This document shows positions 1 through 14,282 of a DNA stretch of 64,000 nucleotides, one piece after another; position 1 is the stretch's first letter, and each line of letters opens with the position of its first letter. The stretch spans positions 56,048,001 through 56,112,000 of the forward strand of contig OX597826.1 in assembly GCA_951406725.2 (NCBI GenBank), in the 5' to 3' direction. The stretch comes from Octopus vulgaris (lineage: Eukaryota). The notes below the pieces were generated by a model. It searched no databases. It was not told where the DNA came from and saw only the letters and a list, made by a program, of their open reading frames with translations. The translations under genes were made by a program, and so were the position numbers.

Positions 1-82
1 AATGTGAGAAACGCCATTGGTAATAAGAAAGCTCAGAGATGACAATCATCGGTGAAGATGGAGCAATCACCACGTATATACA

Positions 83-319
83 CAGTTCTCCTTCGCCATA
101 CCGCGGTTCGTTTATCGTGGTTCACCTATTGCGGCTTATTGATTAAGCTTACGTCGATTTCTCCGTGGTGTTGTTTTGCATTTATGACGAAATAAATATA
201 TACAAATTATAAAAAAAATTATAAAAAATATACTGTGCAGTACTGTTTTTATTTCGCGGATTTTCACCTATCGCGGAGGTTTTGGGAATGTAGCACCCGC
301 GATAGAAGAAGGATTTCTG
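83..319. mobile_element. Tigger/pogo-like MITE
   Basis: Imperfect terminal inverted repeats CAGTTCTCCTTCGCCATACCGCGG ... CCGCGATAGAAGAAGGATTTCTG followed by TA; no ORF. Confidence 0.6.
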
Positions 320-1405
320 TATATTAAGAGTAAGTGACTTCTGGATTACACACTGCCGTAGAAGCGTGTTTCATTGTTCAGTCACAGTAGCTCAACGCCT
401 GTTTCAATCAATCGGCCGTGCTTTTACGCTTTTTGAGTCATGCATATCTAAGAAACTTCTAGCAAAAGCATTTAATATCCTCGACATGAGTTAAGTACGT
501 TGTCCTTTCACACACATATTTACGCCATTTGTTACATACTCATTCAGTCGTGTGTATACATACACACACACGCGCACACACACACACACACACACATATA
601 TGCACGCCCATGTCTCTATGTACTCATATGTGTGTGTATGTGTGCGTGTGCAATTCTGTATGAAAGCATGTATGCTTGAATGCCTGTGTGTATGTATGTG
701 TATGCATGTGTGTATGTGCGTGCGTGCGTGTGTGTGTGTGCGTGTGTACAGGGAATTTGGCTAGATTTGAAGTTTTTTTTGTCTCCTTTTTCAGGTATAG
801 GTTAATAGATATTGGTTAACAGTCAACGGCGTTGGAGAGCATGAAAATTAAAGTTGTTGCTGAGAAAAAGTTAGTGACATGGAGGACAGAAAGCCATCTG
901 AATATTCGAAATGCATTACCGATAGCATGCTGTCCGCGCTATCACCAAGGCCTGCGCCAGGTTCCAGAGCCGTCTTGAGGCCGTACCAGAAGCAGATCGC
1001 GGCTAAGCTAAGTAAACAGTTATCTCCCAGCCATAATCTAATTGACATTTTTAAAATTTAATTTTGTGTTTATCTTTGGATGTGACATTTTGTTTTGTCT
1101 TTCTTTTATGCAAGCTGTCAAATTTAGACCGAATACCCAGCATATAGCCATCCATCCATCCATATACCTATGTATGTATGAGAGACAGAGACAGGCAGAA
1201 ACAAGGAAAATGCCACTTGTATTTGAACACTATACAAATATTCTTTTAAAAAAACTTTCTTTTAATTTTACTAAATTTAATTATTTAATTGTTACAGTTG
1301 AAAAAGTCTCAACGACTGAAAACGGTACTGAAATGTTTATTATAAAATTATTTTAGCATTTTCTATCTTGACTTTTTTTTTTCCATATATATATATATAC
1401 ATATA

Positions 1406-1957
1406 GAACAATCTTACTTAGAAATGGATGCGTGCTTTCCATCATATAATAAATTAATAAATAAATAAAACATATGCATATATACATACATATATGTACG
1501 TACCTACCTCTACATGTATATATACATGCATATATGGGTACAGGACACCAAATAAACGTCGAACACAATTAGAAACGAAAACATAAACACAAAACCAAGG
1601 AAATGGACATTTTTCTTAAACAACGAAAATATAGAGTACAGGACATACAAAACAAGGAAAATTCCCCTTCTTCAGTCGCCGTTGTTTCATCTACTCCACG
1701 TTTCGAAGGTCAACGTGGAGTAGATGAAACAACGGCGACTGAAGAAGGGGAATTTTCCTTGTTTTGTATGTCCTGTACTCTATATTTTCGTTGTTTAAGA
1801 AAAATGTCCATTTCCTTGGTTTTGTTTTCGTTTCTCATTGTGTTCGACGTTTTTTGGGTGTCCTGTACCCATATATGCATGTATATATACATGTAGAGGT
1901 AGGTACGTACATATATGTATGTATATATGCATATGTTTTATTTATTTATTAATTTAT
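1406..1957. mobile_element. Inverted-duplicated Penelope-like pLTR remnant (~250-bp-arm palindrome plus ~45-nt tail)
   Basis: Arms ~1449-1702 and 1712-1957 are near-perfect reverse complements around a 9-nt spacer; (TA)-rich flanks; related sequence at 31137-31500 (-) and more distantly 52430-52610 (+). Confidence 0.6.
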
Positions 1958-2164
1958 ATATACATATATATATATACATACATATATATACATATATATA
2001 TATACATATATATACAAGTACATATATAAATGTACGCATACATATGCATGCGTATATATATTTTATAAACCTATGTGCACGTGCTTGTGTATTTATATAT
2101 ATATATATATATATACATGTATATACACACCCTTACAATACTTCTAAATTCCATTCTTGTTTCC

Positions 2165-2206
2165 ACTACTAATACTACGACGACAACAACAACAACAACA
2201 ACAACA

Positions 2207-2240
<34 letters not shown>

Positions 2241-3290
2241 TTACTACTACTACAACTACTACCACTACTACTGTAAGAACAGTCGGCAGAATTGATTGTT
2301 ATCATGGTTATCATTCTTCAGATATTTAGGTTGATTCCAAAGTTGATGTGAAGAGAGAGAGAGAGAGAAAGAGAGAGAAAAAGTGAGAGAGAGAGAGAGA
2401 TAGAGAGTGAGAGAGAGAGAAACGTTTACTGTAGGAGACAAATAAAGAAATGAATAAATATCAAAGCCAAAAATGTGACAAAATAGATATTTGGGTTAGT
2501 GTTTTGCTAATTAGAGTTGCCATATTTATTCGTGGCGGCGGTGACGGCGACTGAGACGACGGTGTTGACGGCGACGGAGACGACGGTGTTGACGGCGACG
2601 GAGACGACGGTGTTGACGGCGACGGAGACGACGGTGTTGACGGCGGCGACGGTGGTGGTGGTGGTGGTGGTCGAAGCGCTGGTGTTTATCGTAAGAGTGT
2701 TAATAATTAGTATTTGTTGTTGTTGTAGTTGTTGTTGTTGTTGGTGGTAGTGGTGGGGATGTATGTCATTTTGGCGGTGGTGGTAGCGGTGGTGGTGGTT
2801 TAAGCAATGACTTGGTTGGGGCTCGTGTTGGCGTTGTTGGTGGTCGTGGCGGTAGTGTTTTAAAACGGTCATTGTGACGGCGTAGATAGAGGTACTGGTA
2901 GTAGTGGCGGTGGTGTGGTGGTGGTGGTGTGGTGGTGGTGGGGGCTGCTGCTGCTGCTAGTGGTGTTGGTGTCGACGACGTTGTCGTTTGTTTTTTTATG
3001 GTACTCACGATGCTGCTGATGATGATGGTGGTGATGATGGTATTGGTAACAGTACCACATATCGTGGTGTCCCTTATGGTGGTGGTGGTGGTGGTGGTGG
3101 TGGTGGTGGTGTTAGTTGTGGTGGTGGTGGTGGTTTTAGTGGCGGCGGTGGATGTGATGTTTGCGGTGGTGTTGTAGCAGGCTGTGGTGGTATAAGTGTA
3201 AAATAGTTATCGTAGTGCTGTGGACGATGGTGGTGCTGGCGTTTAGTGGAAGTGGTTTTTGGTGACGGCGGCGGCGGCGGTGAAGGATAG
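2165..3290. repeat. Trinucleotide/GA low-complexity tract including 4x24-bp minisatellite (2543-2638)
   Basis: (ACT)n, (CAA)n, (GA)n, (GGT)n; unit GACGGCGACGGAGACGACGGTGTT. Confidence 0.9.
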
Positions 3291-3434
3291 AATTTAAGAA
3301 GTGATTGAAGTGAGGAGAATGAGGAGAAGGTTAATGAGAGTAGGGAAGGAGAGAGGAGTTTGTGGGAGGGAAATAGTGGAAGAAAGAGAGAGAGAGAAAG
3401 GAGTGGAGAGAGAGAGTGGGGGAAGGAGTGGAGG

Positions 3435-3463
<29 letters not shown>

Positions 3464-3466
<3 letters not shown>

Positions 3467-3972
3467 TGTATGTATGTATGTATATATGTATGCATGCATG
3501 CATGTATGTATGTATGCATGCATGCATGTATGTATGCATGCATGCATGTATGTATGTATGTATGTATGCATGCATGCATACATGTATGTATGTATGCATG
3601 CATGTATGTATGTATGTATGTGAGTGTGTATGTATGTATGCATGCATGCATGTATGTATGTATGTATGTATGTATATATGTATGCATGTATGCATGCATG
3701 TATGTATGTATGTATGTATATATGTATGCATGTATGCATGCATGTATGTATGTATGTATGTATGTATGTATGTATGTATGTATGTATGCATGTATGTATG
3801 TATGTATGTATGTATGTATGTATGTATGTATGCATGTATGCTTGTTTGTATGTGTATGTATGTATGTATGTATGTATGTATGTATGTATGCATGCATGTA
3901 TGTATGTATGTATGTATGTATGTATGTATGTATGTATGTGTGTATGTGTGTATGTATGTATGTATGTATGTA
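3464..3972. repeat. (TATG)n/(CATG)n microsatellite
   Basis: Direct inspection. Confidence 0.95.
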
Positions 3973-4024
3973 TTGCACTGCTGTGTATACTTTATTTCTG
4001 ACAGTGGGATGTAATTTCAGAAAG

Positions 4025-4630
4025 GGTTCCTAGCACTCCTTCGGTTACGGAACAGCCTGCTCGTGAAATTAACGTGCAAATGGCTGAGCGGTCCACAAAC
4101 ATGTGTACCTTTAAGGTAGTTCTCAAGGAAATTATGTGGGACACAGAATGTGACAAAGCTGGCCCTTTGAAACACAGGTACTGCTCATTTTTGCCAGCTG
4201 AGTGCACTGGAGCAAAGTGAAATAAAGTGTCTTGCTCAAGGACACAACTATCTATTCGCCCTTTTCAAGCCTAGCCAGGCTCATGGGCCCGGTTTCCCGG
4301 TTTCTGTGGCGTATGTGTTCCCCTCAGCTGAACAGGACGCCAGTCCATCGCAGCGTTACTCAAGAAACAGGAAGAGAGAGTGAGAGAAAGTTGCGGGGAA
4401 AGAGTACAACAGGGATTGCCACCCTCCCACTGCCGGAGCTTCGTAGAGCTTTTAGGTGTTTTCGTTCAATAAACACACACAACGCCCGGTGTGGGAATCG
4501 AAACCGGAGTCCGCTGCCCTAACGACTGAGCCATTACGCCTCCACCAAGGACACAACGCGTTGCCGGAAATCAAACTCATAACCTTACTATCGTGAGCCG
4601 AACACCCTAACCACTAAGCCACGCGTATTC
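4025..4630 (-). mobile_element. tRNA-derived SINE (head H2 + tail T1), interrupted by a nested SINE
   Basis: Minus strand GCGTGGCTTAGTGGTTAGG...GAGTTTGATTTCC (A/B-box-like), GTGTCCTTGAGCAAGACACTT core; tail shared with 51322-51510 and 34285-34465. Confidence 0.8.
4249..4545 (-). mobile_element. tRNA-derived SINE (head H1 + tail T2) with 12-bp TSD
   Basis: Head TGGAGGCGTAATGGCTCAGTCGTTAGGG...GGTTTCGATTCCC; CAAGGACACAAC duplicated at 4237-4248 and 4546-4557. Confidence 0.85.
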
Positions 4631-5299
4631 GCAGAAATATTTAGTTGCTATATAAAGGTGCCGTCGTTGGCTCAATTATGTAGGACGACAGTTTTCCCTG
4701 TCAGTTAAGCTCCAGATCATTCCCATTCAAGCAGACGTAGGATCAAATACGTTCCAGCCGTGTCCTAACCTCAAGAGACACACAAACTTCTTCGTTGGAG
4801 TAAGTAGAACAGAAAATGAAATATTAATATTAATATTAATAGAAGACTATGATTTACTGCATTCAGAATAGCTTTAGCTAAATGAAAATCCAAATGGGGT
4901 TGAATTAATAGAGCTTACTGTGATATAATGACCTTCACCGGTACACACCCCCTCAGATGTAATGACCGTGACATGTAGCCGCTGCCTTAGATGTCATAAC
5001 CTTGAACTTTAAAACAAACGCACAGGCAATGACTATGACCGTTACACAGTACCTCATGGTGAGGAGCTGAAATAGCTGTAGGTAGATGTCAGTAAAACAA
5101 AAATACGAAGGAACAAAACATCCCAGGAGGGATACAGGTGTGTGGGGGAAAAGACTGAATGTAGAGTTTAATACTGGGATCTGGGATGTGAGACGTAGTT
5201 AGGGTGTTGGCAGGTAGAATTATTTGTGCATTGTTGATACAGTTTAGACTCACGTCAGTGTTGATCGAACAAACCAATGATCAATAAGCAACCCAGCCT

Positions 5300-6400
5300 T
5301 CCCTTTTCTTTCAGATATCTAGGATCACTGTATCTAGAATCCCATTACTCAATATGTCTTCACATTGTTCAACTGTCTATCGTGATTTTGCTTCTATCAT
5401 TTCCTCTTAATTTCTTTACTGAACTTCTTGTATTTTATTCTTCCCTATTTTATTTTCTCATCTTTTTTTCATTTTTCCCCCTTTTCTCAAATATATCCAG
5501 GATCTTATTTACGACGCTTGATGTGGATTTACAACCGAGTTCCCAGAGTAGCTCGCTTACTCTACCTGGCATGACAGTATTGAATCTGTCTGTTGACACC
5601 TCAATGTTATTTTTCTTCAAGAAGCGGCAGTATTTTTTTATATTTGGTTTTTTACTTTTGTCTTGTTGACTTGTCTCAATGGCACTCTTAAATCTCCTAT
5701 GAAAAAACCATGGCCAAGCACCTTCATCTGTTCCTAGAAATTATATCATTTATCGCTTTCTTACCCCAATTTTGTACGATCTTTTTTTCCTAAAATATAG
5801 TCGTTCAAGAGATGTCATCTGTTTGCAGACGTGCCTTCTGGATCTAGGAACTGGATTCTTTACGCTTACCAAGAGCATTCGACTGCACAATTTTGTCACA
5901 TGTGACCAATTCCAGTTGGCGTTGTCCCTTCACGTTCGAAGTGTTACTGTCTTAAGAACTGATGAAGTAAGTCAACTTCCCCATCCCTTTCTAGCTTAAC
6001 AATCCACTCCCCTTGCATGATTAGCATTGCTTTGTTCCATGACTTCTTAAAGACACCTTGAAGTTCTTTAGAGAACCTTCAATGTGTTCTCCGAAATGGT
6101 CTTTTTTCAGGGTCAGACATATGTAAATTCGATGATGAGGGATATTTTACCTGGAAGCGAATGATCATGAGCCTTCTTGATATTAGGTGTATTTAGACAT
6201 CTAAACCAAGGGGACCCTATCCATCCCTAGTTCTAACCACGTCCCATTTCTTCCAACTTATGACTTTATCCACATTGGTCGTAAATAAGATCGTTAGAGG
6301 TGATGGGATTTTTTCTGTCCTACCTGAAGACAGTTCTTCGCACAGTGGTACCCGGTTAGCACCAGCACATCACATGGTTTTGACCGGTGGTGCCTTGTTA
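5300..6400 (-). pseudogene. Old LINE (RTE-like) AP-endonuclease relic
   Basis: Broken minus-strand peptides IMQGEWIVKLE (cf. IIMGDWNAKVG), NDYILGKKR (cf. IDYIL..KR), FLGTDEG (cf. FPGADIG); many stops and frameshifts. Confidence 0.5.
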
Positions 6401-8011
6401 GTAGTACGCCATTTGTGGTTTTTGTCCGCCAGCCCAAGACTTTTATATGGGTGTGACATTTAGAACCTTGCGTCAGAGATCAAGGAGTTAAATTAGGACC
6501 ATGATGCTTATCTACCCCGTCAATAAGGGAGCAGCATGCCAGCTATCAGAAATATTGCTATTATCTAAAGCTCCTTAAAGACCCCACGGCGAAGAGACTG
6601 AAGCTGAAGTGAACACAGAAACTATTTGTTGGTAAACCAGTTCTGTATCCATTCGGTAAACTTTACTTCCCATGACGAAATGATATCTGAAACCTGGTGT
6701 GAATTGACACACTACAAAGTAAGGTAGTAGGGAGCATATGGCATGGTTGTTAATTAATATGTCACATAGAGAAATGCTACAAGTAATGAAGTTGAAAATG
6801 ATGAGAAGATAGTTGAAAAATCAGTCAGATATTGTCATAGAAAACTAAAGAGAGTATACAATATCCACTTTGATGGATGTGTTGTACCAAACCCTGCGGA
6901 GGGTGATAAACATTGCAATTAATAAACTTTCTATGATGAAATGATAACTGAAACTTGCATGATATTGTCATCGGAAAGGAAAAAAATAAAAAAGGGCAGA
7001 ATATGATATTCTGCTTGATTGATATGACATATCTTACAGAGAGAGAAACTTGCAACTAATGAAGTTGAAAGGTTAGTGAAACGTAAAGTCAGGAGCGGCA
7101 GCTATGTAAAAGCGAGATCTTGTGTTCTTATCTAAAATTGTATCAGGGAATTACTGGAAACCCAGTGAAAGTGTATTAGAAAAGTTAGCGTGAAATAGGG
7201 GACCCTCGAAAGAATACGACGCCTGTCAGGCCATCTCCTTCTATTTGAACACTAGAAACATGAATATCAGAGGTGAACATTGCTGGCCTCGTGTCAAAAT
7301 TTGAAACGAATATTAGACAGAGATATTGATAAGAGTATGGAGGAGTTTTAAGTTGCGCCTGTATATAAGAATATGCGTGCGCACGCGTATGTGTGTGTGT
7401 GCGTGTCAGTGTGTGTGTTGAATGCATGCATCAATATGTGTATGTGTATGTTGGTTTTAAAAATATTTTGTACAGTTTATAGCTTAGATATTTTATGTAT
7501 GACGTATGTATATGTGTGCGTGTGAGTGTGTGTGCCTCTGTGTGTGTGTGTGCCTCTGTGTGTGTGTGTGTGTGTGTGTGTGAGTTTGTATGTATGTGTG
7601 TGTAAACAAAATCCTTTAGCGTTACGGGATTAATGTGTCCCTGAAAAAAAACTTTCGTATCGTGGAATCAAGTTACACGAAATTAATTCTCCCAAGCGTT
7701 TACCAATATTCGTTGCTATCCACGTAAGTGTTTCTTTCCAAAACAACATTAACTCCTCGTTAGATAAATTTTCTCTATGGGGTACTAGCGACTCATTTAC
7801 ACTCTCCTCTTCGACTTCTCTAAGCCCAACATCATTGCAAGTGTAAAATATCTTACCGAATTTGATGTAAACTTTATGCTTATAGAAAAAACATGCGAAG
7901 TCACAGATACAATCTGGCCACATATTTTACCGAAACATGCGTCCAAGAAGTACCCCATTTTAAGTATAAAATTAGATCTATAAAACATTACACCCAAGCA
8001 GTTGACAGATA

Positions 8012-8380
8012 GGCATAGGAGTGGCTGTGTGGAAAGTAGCATGCTTACAAACCACATGGTCCTGGGTTCAGTCCCATTGCGTGACAGCTTGGGTAAGTGT
8101 CCTCTACTATAGCCTCGGGCCGACCAAAACCTTGTGAGTGGATTTGGTAGACGGAAACTGAAAGAAGCCCGTCGTATATATGTATTTATATATGTATGTG
8201 TGTATATGTTTCTGTGTCTGTATTTGTCTCCCAACATCGCTTGACAACCGATGCTGGTATGTTTTCGTCCCCGTAACTTAGCGATTCAGCAAAGAGACCG
8301 ATAGAATAAGTACTAGGCTTACAAAAAAAAAGTTCTTGTGTCGATTTGCTCTAGCATGGCCACAAAAATATAAAAAATTG
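8012..8380 (+). mobile_element. tRNA-derived SINE family A
   Basis: GGAGTGGCTGTGTGG...GGGTTCAGTCCC A/B boxes, CTTGGGTAAGTGTC core, internal TA/TG tract; many copies in window. Confidence 0.85.
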
Positions 8381-9370
8381 ACTGAAGCGTTCAAACTTTA
8401 AATGGAAAGACTATTATTGTTCGATATGTGTACACCCATACACACCCCTTTTTTAAGGGCGCGTGTCAGGGGATTTCAAAATGCAATTTTTAAAAAAATC
8501 ATCAGCTGACCCTTTGGAGTAATGGAGTAAAAAAGTAAAAGAGAGTAAAGGGAGTAAATACTTGAACACTTTATGTTATCTCTGTTGTGACGTAGACACT
8601 ACAAGATTTAATATTTTTGCAATGTGGTTGATTTTCTGTCTAGGATTAAACCTTATTAAAATATTACGTTTGATATCCAGTGTAATCCTCTTACGGTACC
8701 TTTTCGCATGAGTACTTTCAATTCCACATGATGGACTTTTGATTTTTTTTTTCACAGATATCTTGAATTGTATATAAGTCCAATACTATCGACGATCAAC
8801 AATTAGTCACAACAAATCTATAGAAAGAAATAGCGCCAAGAAAGAGCTGCTTTGCGCGAGCAAAAAATTGTGGCCTTATTTCAATCGGTATCAGAATGGA
8901 AATGAGAAGATTAAAAGGTGGCTGATGCGATAAGAAGTACTCCATGCTTACAGTTTCTTACCAGATTGATGGGTGCTTCCCCTCTGGCTTGAAGTCTCCA
9001 CACACACACACACGCACACACATGTACAAACACACACAAAGACATAAAAGAACACATAGATACGTTGTGTTGCCATACAACATATGTAGCTACAGACATT
9101 ACTATCACACTACTATTATAGGTTTTACTACCTGCTTAGTCAAAGTTTGAAGGGTTGAAAAAATTGATGGTGGTGTTGGTTATAGTAGGTTTCATGTTGG
9201 TGATAATGGTGAAGAAGATGGTGGAGAAATAGTTGGTGGTGTCGGGCACCGTTCAGTTTCTAGTCAATCGTCATTAACCAAACATTAAAGACGTTTCATT
9301 CAACATTATCTCATGTGTTTATTATTTTTATTTTTTAGATGGAGTTGCTTAATTTTTTTTTAGATAGATA

Positions 9371-9736
9371 GGCGCAGGAGTGGCTGTGTGGTAAGTAGCT
9401 TGCTTACCAACCACATGGCACCTTAGGCAAGTGTCTTCTACTATAGCCTCGGGCCGACCAAAGTCTTGTGAGTGGATTTGGTAGAATGAAACTGAAATAA
9501 GCCCGTCGTATATGTGTCTCTGTGTCTGTGTGTCTCTGTTTGTCCTCCACCATCACTTGACAACCGATGTTGGTGTGTTCACGTCCCCGTAACTTAGCGA
9601 TACTGCAAAAGACATTTATAGAATAAATATTAGGCTTACAAAGAATAAGTCCTGTGGTCGATTTGCTCGACTAAAGGCGGTGCTCCAGCATGACAGCACT
9701 CAGATGACTAAAACAAATAAAAGAATAAAGAATAAA
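9371..9736 (+). mobile_element. SINE family A (internal deletion in head)
   Basis: Aligns by eye to 12499-12917. Confidence 0.85.
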
Positions 9737-9764
9737 GATAGAGAGAGAGAGAGAGAGAGAGACT

Positions 9765-9798
<34 letters not shown>

Positions 9799-9811
9799 CA
9801 GACAGACACAC

Positions 9812-9902
<91 letters not shown>

Positions 9903-9951
9903 CAGACACACAGACAGATAGATAGGCAGACAGACAGACAGACAGACAGAC

Positions 9952-9987
<36 letters not shown>

Positions 9988-9988
9988 G

Positions 9989-10065
<77 letters not shown>

Positions 10066-10088
10066 GTAGGCAGATAGACAGACAGAGA
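9737..10088. repeat. (GA)n/(GATA)n/(GACA)n microsatellite
   Basis: Direct inspection. Confidence 0.95.
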
Positions 10089-10616
10089 GATATTCTTCGT
10101 GACCCAAGAAAACTTACGCAAACAGAAATATTCACAGTGAAAATGTCACCTCTTACACCGTAAGTGATTATAGTGGCGCGTACACAAACGCTAGCGTACA
10201 AACCCATAATAATATAATATATTGTAAGTGTCTGCATAAGTGTATGCCTATATGTGAACGTGTGCCTAAGTGTGTGTTTATATCTGCCGTGATTGCAGTT
10301 CTTCAAATGGTTAATTACTTCGGGCATCGCGAAAACGGTGAGAAGCCGAGTTGTTTAAGATGAAAAGTGCAGAGTTTTCATTCATATGAGTAAAATAACG
10401 GACCGTATACCGAAATTAGTTCTTTATACTTTACGTTTCCATTAATTAGTTACAAAACCTCGTAACCTGAGGTGACCGTAACGCGAGGGATGACTATATA
10501 TATATATATAACTATATGTATATATGTATGTGTGTGTGTGTATGTGTGTGTGTGCATGTGTGCTATATAATATATACATATATATGAACTAAATAGCTGC
10601 ATTGTTATTGTTGTTG

Positions 10617-10703
<87 letters not shown>

Positions 10704-10720
10704 CTATATGAAAAACTTAC

Positions 10721-10858
10721 CTAAATAAACTTCTAAGGCTGCTTCCAGTTTTTGGAACTGTGACCATTCTCTTCAAGCGGCAAGCATTGTGTGTGTGCGT
10801 GTGTGTGTATGTGTGTGTGTGTGTATGTGTGTGCGTATGTGTGTGTGTGTGTGTGTGA

Positions 10859-10900
<42 letters not shown>

Positions 10901-11127
10901 CTTCCAACGCCTATCCACATCCGCCGCAAGCTCATTCAACATTCTCATCACAACCAGCCTTCAACACCACAAACACCACCACCACCACCTCGACCAGCTA
11001 CAACAACAACAACGACAACATCTACAACCACAACATAGATTCTTTCTTTGTACGTTGCACTTCACTGTTATTCGCGATTTTTATCTCTAAGATGTTTCCA
11101 ATTCCTCGCGACGACATTTTTGATGTC
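10721..11127 (-). other. Candidate host-gene exon (mostly UTR; possible start MVTVPKTGSSLRSLF at 10767)
   Basis: Minus-strand long polypyrimidine tract + TTACAG acceptor and TTTAG|GTAAGT donor. Confidence 0.3.
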
Positions 11128-11399
11128 CTGTAATCTTGGAAAATGGAAGAAAGCAAGGAAGAAATAAAGATAATAAAGAGGAGGTCTTTGAAGCAAGTTC
11201 ATTGAGGTCAAAGACAGAGAGATAGAGAGATACAAAGAGTAAGTTTAAACCTCTCTCAAATACTATAAAAGAGTCTCCCGTGTCGGTATGTATTTGTGTT
11301 ACGCGATATGTATATGCACGTCCGCGCGCGAGCGAGCGGGTGTGTGTGTACATGTGGGTATGTGAGTTTTTAAGTGCACACACATATACATATATGCAT

Positions 11400-11638
11400 T
11401 CATATATATATATATATATATACATTCATATATATATATATATAATATAAACATATATATATACGTATAGGTGTGTGTGTATATATATATATATATACAT
11501 ATACTATGTATTTATATATATATATATATACATATATATGTATTTATTCATATATATATTAACATTTACACATACATACATATATATGTATATATGTAGC
11601 TATGTATATATATATATTTATATATACATATATTTATC

Positions 11639-11689
<51 letters not shown>

Positions 11690-11808
11690 AATATATGTAT
11701 ACATAAATATAAATATACATATACACAGATACATATATATATATATTCAGATATACGACTTCATATGCACTTAACACAGGTATATAGGGATATATATATA
11801 TATATGCA

Positions 11809-11903
<95 letters not shown>

Positions 11904-11951
11904 TATATATATATACATATATGTATACATTTATGTATAAATACATATATG

Positions 11952-11986
<35 letters not shown>

Positions 11987-12067
11987 GTATGCATATATGT
12001 ATAGATATATATATATATGTTTGAAATCAATGTGTGCAACATTATGTGTGCATATATATATTTATGA

Positions 12068-12112
<45 letters not shown>

Positions 12113-12200
12113 AACACACATATATATATATACACACAAATACACACACGTATATAAACATTCGTATATACACATGTGTTCTTCTCTGTGTGTGTGTGTT

Positions 12201-12246
<46 letters not shown>

Positions 12247-12260
12247 TATGTGTGTGACCT
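11400..12260. repeat. Compound (TA)n/(TG)n microsatellite field
   Basis: Direct inspection. Confidence 0.95.
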
Positions 12261-12498
12261 TGTGTGTGTGTCTTTGTACCTGTGTCTGTGCTGGCTTCAG
12301 TGTATATTAAGCCTCTTCATTATCTAGCATGCGCACGTCGATACAATCTTGTGCGCTTTCGTTGTGTAACACGTGTAACTATGTAATTATGACTTCTTGT
12401 GTGTTATTCTGCTTTCGCAAGCATGTGGGTGTAGGTTACTCCAAATCGCTGTGTGTACTCTGTGCATGTGTATGCGTATGCATATATATATGTCTATA

Positions 12499-12917
12499 GG
12501 CGCAGGAGTGGCTGAGTGGTAAGTAGCTTGCTAACCAACCACATGGTTCCGGGTTCAGTCCCACTGCGTGGCATCTTGGGCAAGTGTCTTCTGCTATAGC
12601 CCTGGGCCGACCAATGCCTTGTGAGTGGATTTGGTAGACGGAAACTGAAAGAATCCTGTCGTATATATGTATATATATATATATATGTGTATGTGTGTGT
12701 GTCTGTGTTTGTGTGTCTGTGTTTGTCCCCCTAGCATTGCTTGATAACCGATGCTGGTGTGTTTACGTCCCCGTCACTTAGCGGTTCGGCAAAAGAGACC
12801 GATAGAATAAGTACTGGGCTTACAAAGAATAAGTCCTGGGGTTGATTTGCTCGACTAAAGGCGGTGCACCAGCATGGCCGCAGTCAAATGACTGAAACAA
12901 GTAAAAGAGCAAAAGAG
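12499..12917 (+). mobile_element. SINE family A, full length
   Basis: GGCGCAGGAGTGGCT head to CAGTCAAATGACTGAAACAAGTAAAAGAG tail. Confidence 0.9.
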
Positions 12918-12928
12918 TACATATATAC

Positions 12929-12971
<43 letters not shown>

Positions 12972-13004
12972 CATATATGTGTGTGTGTGTGTGTATATAT
13001 ATAT

Positions 13005-13056
<52 letters not shown>

Positions 13057-13353
13057 AATCCTGTGTGTTTTACGTACCCAACCACACGCACATATATATC
13101 AAGTACTATGAATTATAAATGGGGATTATATATATTGATATTATATGATACGCATATACACTTTCACAAAAGCCTATACGTGATGATAGTCATTCAGCCA
13201 TACATATAAGTGTTTGGAAGATGGCATGTATGGACGCGTATGCATGCATCCATTTCTATAATTATGTCATTATATGCATACATGGCTTACACACACATGC
13301 ACACAGACATACACATACGCGCACTCACGTTCGCTCTTCGTATATATGGGTAA

Positions 13354-13392
<39 letters not shown>

Positions 13393-14230
13393 TATGTATA
13401 TATACATACATATATATATACATATCTATACATATATATATATACACACATATATATACACTCATATATATATAGATATTTACACACATACATATATACT
13501 ATTAATGCATATATATATATCCATATATATATATGCATATATATATATATATTTATATATATATATATATATACATATATATACACACATATATATACAC
13601 ATGCATATGTATATCTATATATATATACGTACACATATATATATATATATACATACACTCACACACTCACAAACATACACACACATACATACATGACAGG
13701 GACGTTAAGTGTCCTTATATATGAGACACAGACACGTGTGTATATATATATATATATATATATATGGATGGATGGATGGATGAATGTATGTATGTACATA
13801 TCTATGTGCGTGCATGTATATATACATATATATATATATATGTGTGTGTATGTGTGTGTATATACATATATATTATATACCTACATATGAAAATCAATGT
13901 CAATATGTACACGTAACTATGCAACGAGTATATGCGTGTTTCTGTGTGTGTGTGTATGTATGTGTATGTGTGTGTGTGTGTTTGTCTGTGTTTGTGCCTG
14001 ATGTACGTTCTTAGGACAAGGCTTTTGATGTCTGTCTGTGGAAGGCCTCTGTAAGCATGGGAATGTCTTCGTTCTTTCATCAACTAATTCCACAGCTCCG
14101 GCAAAATTAAACACCCACTTCCTGCCAGCTTTGCTTTGTTTCCTCTCCCTTTTTCATCTTCTATTTACTTCACCCACCCACCCCACACACACACATACAC
14201 CTTCATCCACATGTCACTCCTCTGTTTTTT

Positions 14231-14282
<52 letters not shown>

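Noticed and set aside
795-1061. Possible plus-strand exon or 60-aa ORF after a strong splice acceptor
   Set aside because: No recognisable motif or clear donor; cannot be supported without transcripts
2543-2638. 24-bp direct repeats as a CRISPR array
   Set aside because: Head-to-tail with no unique spacers; eukaryotic context; no cas genes
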